The position numbers and the translations under genes are program-made. A DNA stretch of 10,122 nt from Candidatus Iainarchaeum sp. (GTDB lineage Archaea > Iainarchaeota > Iainarchaeia > Iainarchaeales > CSSED10-239), in NCBI GenBank assembly GCA_028700905.1, contig JAQVRT010000027.1, positions 1-10,122 of the forward strand, read 5' to 3'. The stretch's first letter is position 1. Every line of letters starts with the position of its first letter. The notes beneath the pieces were generated by a model. That model was not told where the DNA came from. It did no database searches and was given only the letters and a program-made list of their open reading frames with translations. This document shows, one piece after another, positions 6,369-10,122 of the stretch.

Positions 6369-6952
6369 TGATTATCACCTTTATCTTTTTCAGACATTAT
6401 TTCTAAAAGATGCACTCTTTCATTTATACTTTTAAATTGATTATCTTCATCTGGCATTTTTGTAATTCCCACATAAGACATTAATTGTTCTTTTGTAATT
6501 GATAAAAGATCAGAAGATTGAGATGCAGATAAACCATAAGCATATGCAGTTGATGCAAGTTTTACTCTTCCATCATCAATAACAACACTTACATATCTTC
6601 CAAGTTCATGATCTGCTTTTTTAATTATTTCTATAATATTTTTAATATAATTATTAAATTTACTAGGATCTTCTTCTCTATAAACATTTAGTGCAGAATT
6701 TAAATTTTCAACAATTGATTTTTTATAATCTGCCCAAGAATTTGTTTGTGAAATATGTTTTTTAGAAATTATTTTTCTTAAACCATAAATCATTACACAA
6801 ATTTCTGAATAATCTTTATTAAAATTTATAATTGCTTGCTCTAAAGTATTATTCTCTATTAAATGTAAAGATTCATAATCATTTCTTTCAAGAAAAACAA
6901 TAGTAGATTTAATAATATCAGTTAATTTTAAGTTTTCAATAATTTCTTCCAT
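6365..6952 (-). CDS. Hypothetical protein: about 125-aa helical N-terminal domain plus a UPF0175-like (antitoxin-type HTH) segment and an acidic tail
   Basis: This 195-aa ORF is the first gene of the operon. The segment RVKLASTAYAYGLSASQSSDLLSITKEQLMSYVGITKM resembles the UPF0175/COG2886 pattern as I recall it (a..lY..G.iSlgkAAeLlGis+.efme.L...gi), which is the usual partner of DUF3368 PIN proteins. The N-terminal domain has no recognisable family. Confidence 0.5.
   Translation of the reverse strand: MEEIIENLKLTDIIKSTIVFLERNDYESLHLIENNTLEQAIINFNKDYSEICVMIYGLRKIISKKHISQTNSWADYKKSIVENLNSALNVYREEDPSKFNNYIKNIIEIIKKADHELGRYVSVVIDDGRVKLASTAYAYGLSASQSSDLLSITKEQLMSYVGITKMPDEDNQFKSINERVHLLEIMSEKDKGDNQ
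6374..6380 (-). promoter_or_regulatory. Shine-Dalgarno site (AGGUGAU) for the PIN-like gene, embedded in the 3' end of the upstream ORF
   Basis: The plus strand reads atcacct, so the minus strand reads AGGUGAU, 5 nt upstream of the ATG at 6368-6366. Confidence 0.6.
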
Positions 6953-7059
6953 CTTTTATCAACTCATTTAATATATTTTTTATAGATATATGTATAAATA
7001 TATAAAACAAAACATATTTATATTATTTTATATATAGATAATATTGGGTAGAATAACAT
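6953..7059. promoter_or_regulatory. Divergent promoter region with two archaeal TATA boxes, both about 28-30 nt from the respective start codons (leaderless or near-leaderless mRNAs)
   Basis: The plus-strand TTTATATA (7027-7034) matches the archaeal TTTAWATA consensus, with its centre about 29 nt before the ATG at 7060. The minus-strand TATAAAAA (complement of 6977-6984) has its centre about 28 nt before the ATG at 6952. Neither first gene has an SD, whereas internal genes do. Confidence 0.6.
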
Positions 7060-7542
7060 ATGAGTCTTTATAAAGAAAATAAATTTGATTTTTTAAAAAA
7101 TAAATATATATGGATAATTATAGGGGCTATACTTGTTCTTGCTATATTAGGTTATCTTTTAACAATGGTTAACTGGAAAGGAATGTTTGAAAAAGATAAC
7201 ATAAAAGTTAAATTTCAAAATAATCCTTTAATTGTTTCAGAAAAAGACAATACTTTAATTGAAATTACTTTAATTAACAACACAGAGAAAGATTTAGATA
7301 ATCTAGAAGTAACCATTAAAGATGTTGAAAATAATTTTGAAATATTTTGTCCAGATTCACAAGAAGATAAAACAAAAGTTATAATTCCAAAAATGGCAAG
7401 TGGTAATGAAAGAATAATTACATGTAATGTAAGGTATGATCCTACAAAAGATTTTTTTGAAGGCACATATAGTTTTGACATAGATTATTCAATTGAAGAT
7501 TATATTTATACAAAAAGAGCAAATTTAGAAGTTAGAAGGTGA
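7060..7542 (+). CDS. Membrane-anchored protein with an extracytoplasmic beta-rich (CARDB/Ig-like) domain, hypothetical
   Basis: The 160-aa ORF has an N-terminal TM anchor (IWIIIGAILVLAILGYLLTMV). An alternating beta-strand pattern follows (LIEITLINNTEKDLDNLEVTIKD...KVIIPKMASGNERIITCNVRY...GTYSFDIDYS), reminiscent of CARDB-type domains. Two Cys residues are present. Confidence 0.5.
   Translation: MSLYKENKFDFLKNKYIWIIIGAILVLAILGYLLTMVNWKGMFEKDNIKVKFQNNPLIVSEKDNTLIEITLINNTEKDLDNLEVTIKDVENNFEIFCPDSQEDKTKVIIPKMASGNERIITCNVRYDPTKDFFEGTYSFDIDYSIEDYIYTKRANLEVRR
7538..7542 (+). promoter_or_regulatory. Shine-Dalgarno site (GGUGA) for the 247-aa membrane protein gene, overlapping the upstream stop codon
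   Basis: In aaGGTGAaaccaaaATG, the GGTGA at 7538-7542 lies 7 nt upstream of the ATG at 7550. The TGA of the preceding ORF is part of the motif. Confidence 0.6.
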
Positions 7543-7549
7543 AACCAAA

Positions 7550-8293
7550 ATGATTAGTAGTGTATGGAAAGGATTTAATTTTTTTAAAAAAAAAGAATTT
7601 TTCAAAATATTTATAGCATTTTTGTTATATGGGGTTTCAACTTTCTTTTTAATAGACTATATTAATAATATAATAGATCAACTAGATTTATTATATGTTA
7701 AAACCATAAACTACCCTCAATTAATAATTAACACCTTAGGTTTTGAAATTTTATTTATTTTAGGTTCAATTTTTGTTATTCTAATAACATACATCCTACT
7801 TTCAATAACAATTGCAAATACAGAAAGTAAAAAGAAAATAAATTTTTTAGAAAAACTAAGATTAAGTTTTAAGTATTCAGTATTATTTTTCTTTATATTT
7901 TTAGCATATATAATCTTGTTTGCTATTTTAGGAAGCGTAATTAATATATTTACAATAATATTAATGATATTACTATTTTTTTCATTAATAATGGTTATAT
8001 TTATGTTCTATATTGGAAGCATGTTTATTGGAATATATAATTTAGATATTAAAATTGCTTTAGAAAAATCAAAAGACTTTTTTAAGAAAAGATTTTGGAG
8101 AACTATTGCTATTTTGATATTAATATATTTAGTAAATGAATTAATTTTTATTATTTTAGACTTCTTATATTTTAATATTTTTATATACAACACAATAGCT
8201 GCAATAATTACAATACAGATAACCTTTTTTATAGGTACAATATATGTATTAAATGCTTTAGCAATATATGTAAAATCTCAAAAATTTATATGA
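7550..8293 (+). CDS. Polytopic integral membrane protein, hypothetical (DUF975/YciC-like architecture is a guess)
   Basis: The 247-aa ORF has about 5-6 long hydrophobic segments separated by short basic loops (KKKINFLEKLRLSFK, EKSKDFFKKRFWR). It starts 7 nt after the upstream gene and has an SD. Confidence 0.55.
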   Translation: MISSVWKGFNFFKKKEFFKIFIAFLLYGVSTFFLIDYINNIIDQLDLLYVKTINYPQLIINTLGFEILFILGSIFVILITYILLSITIANTESKKKINFLEKLRLSFKYSVLFFFIFLAYIILFAILGSVINIFTIILMILLFFSLIMVIFMFYIGSMFIGIYNLDIKIALEKSKDFFKKRFWRTIAILILIYLVNELIFIILDFLYFNIFIYNTIAAIITIQITFFIGTIYVLNALAIYVKSQKFI

Positions 8294-8306
8294 ATGGTTT
8301 ATTAAT

Positions 8307-8990
8307 ATGATTTTTAAAAGAATTTTTAAAAGAAATAATAAACCAAAAATTAATTTTGCAAGCTATCCTGAAAAGAAAGTTAATAAAAAGTATATTGATT
8401 CTTTTTGGGAAAAATACTTTGATGGAACTTTAAAAAGATCTATCCATAAAAGAATAGATAATAATACAATATCAAACTATAATCCTAATGTTAAAATATT
8501 CCCTCTTTCTCCTACAGTTGCTGTTACTATTAGAAAAATTCATAATGGAAAAAGATATCTTGAATTAAATGAATATTTTAAAAATAAACTTAAAAATAAA
8601 AAACTAAAATATTCAGAAATTGTAATTTCAGATATTATTGATTATAAAATAAAAGGAAGAGATTACTTTTTAATGGAAAGAATAATTCCAGGAGCATCTG
8701 TAGCAGATGTATTAAATTATAAACTGTATAATAGAACAGCATTCTTAAATAGATTTAATAATTCATTTCTAAAAATAGTTCAGAAAATGGATAAAAAAAC
8801 TTTAGATAAAATGTATATTAATTTAGAAAAAGCAGTAAATGAACTAAAAATAACTATTAGGGAAAATGAAAAAAAACATAAAATAGATAATTCTAAAGGA
8901 AATATTATAATTATAGACTATAATCCAAATAATGGAAAATTTAAACTAGGATTAATTGACCTTGATAGCTATCTTACATTTAGTTTTTAA
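8307..8990 (+). CDS. Hypothetical soluble protein with protein-kinase-like (RIO/Kdo/APH-type) motif resemblance
   Basis: The 227-aa ORF carries, in kinase order: TVAVTIRKI (beta3-like), DYFLMERIIPGASVADVL (hinge-like, cf. lvMEyi.G..l), H191-KI-D194-NSKG-N199-IIII (Dx4N catalytic-loop-like), and LGLID218LD220 (DFG-equivalent-like). No glycine-rich loop is seen. Weak, motif-level evidence only. Confidence 0.45.
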   Translation: MIFKRIFKRNNKPKINFASYPEKKVNKKYIDSFWEKYFDGTLKRSIHKRIDNNTISNYNPNVKIFPLSPTVAVTIRKIHNGKRYLELNEYFKNKLKNKKLKYSEIVISDIIDYKIKGRDYFLMERIIPGASVADVLNYKLYNRTAFLNRFNNSFLKIVQKMDKKTLDKMYINLEKAVNELKITIRENEKKHKIDNSKGNIIIIDYNPNNGKFKLGLIDLDSYLTFSF

Positions 8991-9100
8991 TTTTAAAAAA
9001 AAGAGCGATGCCTATATTTTACTAATTCTTAAAAAAAAAGTTAAAAAAAATAGGAAATAATGCCTTTTTATAGCAAAGAGCAAGATGTTTTATTTAAGTT

Positions 9101-9108
9101 AAAAAAAA
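9101..9108 (-). terminator. T8 tract directly after the 23S rRNA 3' end
   Basis: Plus-strand aaaaaaaa at 9101-9108 gives UUUUUUUU on the rRNA strand, immediately after the last 23S-homologous bases. Further A8-A9 runs occur at 9031-9039 and 9043-9050. Confidence 0.5.
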
Positions 9109-10122
9109 TCTTAAACTTTACTCGAACCATTAGTATTAGAGAGCTTAAATACTCGCCCGAAGGCTTGCATCGTATACTCCTAACCTATCAAACCGGTCTT
9201 CTTCCGGAGTTCTCGTCTCGCATTTCTGCGAAAATGGCTGTCTCGTTTTAGGGTTCGCTTCGTGCTTAGATGCTTTCAGCACTTATCGAATACAGCGTAG
9301 CTACTGGGCATTGCCTTGTCAGACAACCCACACACCAGAGACTGCGACCCATCGTTCCTCTCGTACTAAACGGATCTTACCTTCAAACAACCAACACAAC
9401 CAATAGATAGGAACCAAACTGTCTCGCAACGTTCTTAACCCAGCTAATGTACGGCTTTAATGAGTGAACACCTCCACCCTTGGCTACTTGTGCACAGCCA
9501 GGATGCCGTAAGCCGACAGCGAGGTAGCAAACCGCGGGGTCGATGTGAACTCTCACCCGCGACAACCCAGTTACCCCCAGGGTAAGTTCACTGTCAGACT
9601 AGGCCCCCATAAATAGGGACACTAGCGTTCGCTAGACCCAAGTTTCCTTCCAACGTTCCGTGCTTTTAGGAACATTGTTAAGCCTGCTTTTGGTCTTGTC
9701 CTCTACGGCTGATTTCTGACCAGCCTGAGCAGACCTTTGGACGCCCCTGATATCTTTTCAGGGGCGTACCGCCCCAGTCCAACCACCCGATCAAGTGATG
9801 TCCGTCATATAGACGTAAGTTGTATTTTTCCTACTAGATGGTGTTACATTGGCGTCTGACTACTTCCTAGCGAAAGCAGCTAAAGCGACTCCCATCTACG
9901 CTCTATAGTAAAAACAATACAACAACACCAGACTGTGGTAAACCTCCGTGGGGTCTTATCCTCCCATTGGTTGTCCGTGGCTTATTCACCACGCTAAGCA
10001 AGTTCACTAAGTTAAAGTTAGGGACAGTGACGATCTCGTTACTTCCTTGGTGCAAGCCGACATTTAATCGGCAAGGTATTACGCTACCATGAGAGCCTCA
10101 GAGTTAGGCCCGCTCTTTACCA
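9108..10122 (-). rRNA. 23S (LSU) rRNA, 3' roughly 1 kb (E. coli about 1925-2904 equivalent, domains IV-VI). The 5' part lies beyond the window end.
   Basis: By-eye alignment of the reverse complement to E. coli 23S is collinear throughout. Landmarks include GAUAAGUGCUGAAAGCAUCUAAGCACGAAGC (complement of 9257-9287), the sarcin-ricin loop AGUACGAGAGGAAC (complement of 9354-9367), GCUGGGUUAAGAACGUUGCGAGACAGUUUGGUUCCUAUC, the A-loop GGAGGUGUUCACUC, GGGGGUAACUGGG...GAGAGUUCACAUCGAC, GGACUGGGGCGGUA and AAGACCCCACGGAGGUUUAC. GC content is far above the flanks. The 3' end is estimated from homology to ...ACUAAUGAACCGUGAGGCUUAACCUU, with an uncertainty of about 15 nt. Confidence 0.95.

Noticed and set aside
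6755-6778. R-x6-H string (RKIISKKH) in the 195-aa protein as a possible HEPN RNase motif
   Set aside because: This is a single short motif at the upper limit of the Rx4-6H spacing. It sits mid-domain rather than at the usual position, and there is no other HEPN evidence, so it is compatible with chance in a Lys-rich protein.
7215-7481. 88-aa antisense ORF nested in the 160-aa plus-strand gene
   Set aside because: It is fully embedded antisense to a longer ORF that has a promoter, a TM anchor and operon context. It has no start-site signals of its own.
8008-8193. 61-aa antisense ORF nested in the 247-aa membrane protein gene
   Set aside because: It is a low-complexity Lys/Ile-rich translation of AT-rich antisense DNA with no independent signals. 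The longer sense ORF explains the region.
8991-9107. Search for a 5S rRNA, tRNA or second C/D sRNA in the spacer after the 23S
   Set aside because: On either strand there are no RUGAUGA/CUGA box pairs, no GC-rich helices and no cloverleaf-compatible segments.
9060-9251. 63-aa ORF on the plus strand
   Set aside because: It mostly overlaps the 3' end of the 23S rRNA gene on the antisense strand. Its composition is rRNA-like and it is a spurious ORF.
9383-9565. 60-aa ORF on the minus strand
   Set aside because: It lies entirely within highly conserved 23S rRNA sequence (A-loop to helix 90-93 region). It is an artefact of GC-rich rRNA having few stop codons.
9835-9841. 7-nt identity (TAGATGG) between the sRNA D guide and the plus strand of the 23S region
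   Set aside because: Only 7 bp would form, and they lie at the D-box-distal end of the guide. The N+5 position would be unpaired, so this is too short to be the target.
9951-9961. Apparent U at the macrolide-site position 2058 (rRNA reads GGAUAAGACCC versus E. coli GGAAAGACCC; the candidate U is at 9958)
   Set aside because: The local alignment is ambiguous by eye. An equal-length alignment gives G2057A/A2058U, but a 1-nt indel is an equally possible reading. It needs a structure-aware alignment (SILVA/Infernal LSU model) before any claim can be made.
9108-10122. Possible rRNA intron, homing endonuclease or large expansion segment in the 23S
   Set aside because: The by-eye alignment to E. 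coli 23S (about 1925 to the 3' end) is collinear and of nearly equal length. No inserted block or AT-rich interruption is seen in the in-window portion.

Overview
A very AT-rich, gene-dense chromosomal segment. I infer it is archaeal. The 23S sarcin-ricin region reads AGUACGAGAGGAAC rather than the bacterial GAGGACC. There is a canonical archaeal-type C/D box sRNA. TATA boxes sit about 28-30 nt upstream of first-gene start codons (leaderless-like), while operon-internal genes carry GGUGA/GAGGU Shine-Dalgarno sites. The tRNA gene has no encoded CCA. The small genes and extreme AT content suggest a DPANN-like lineage, which is a guess.

Gene content:
- Minus strand, 1-4542: the 5' end of a P-type ATPase gene, a CPA2/Kef-type antiporter with an RCK domain, a PAP2 phosphatase, tRNA(CAU), a methyltransferase-fold protein and a divergent RpiA-like protein.
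- Plus strand, 4615-4676: an unlisted C/D box sRNA.
- Minus strand, 4679-6952: a four-gene, translationally coupled operon of uncharacterised proteins built around a DUF3368-type PIN-like nuclease and a UPF0175-like partner.
- Plus strand, 7060-8990: a divergently transcribed three-gene operon encoding a membrane-anchored beta-rich protein, a polytopic membrane protein and a kinase-fold-like protein.
- Minus strand, about 9108 to the window edge: the 3' third of a 23S rRNA gene.

Most notable points:
1. The sRNA D' guide pairs with the 23S A-loop encoded in this same window, and the N+5 rule lands on the U2552 equivalent. The D guide fits the universal 16S decoding-centre sequence with C1402 as the target.
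2. The PIN-centred four-gene module looks like an expanded toxin-antitoxin or defence-like system with no recognisable characterised equivalent.

No CRISPR array, transposase, integrase or rRNA intron was seen.
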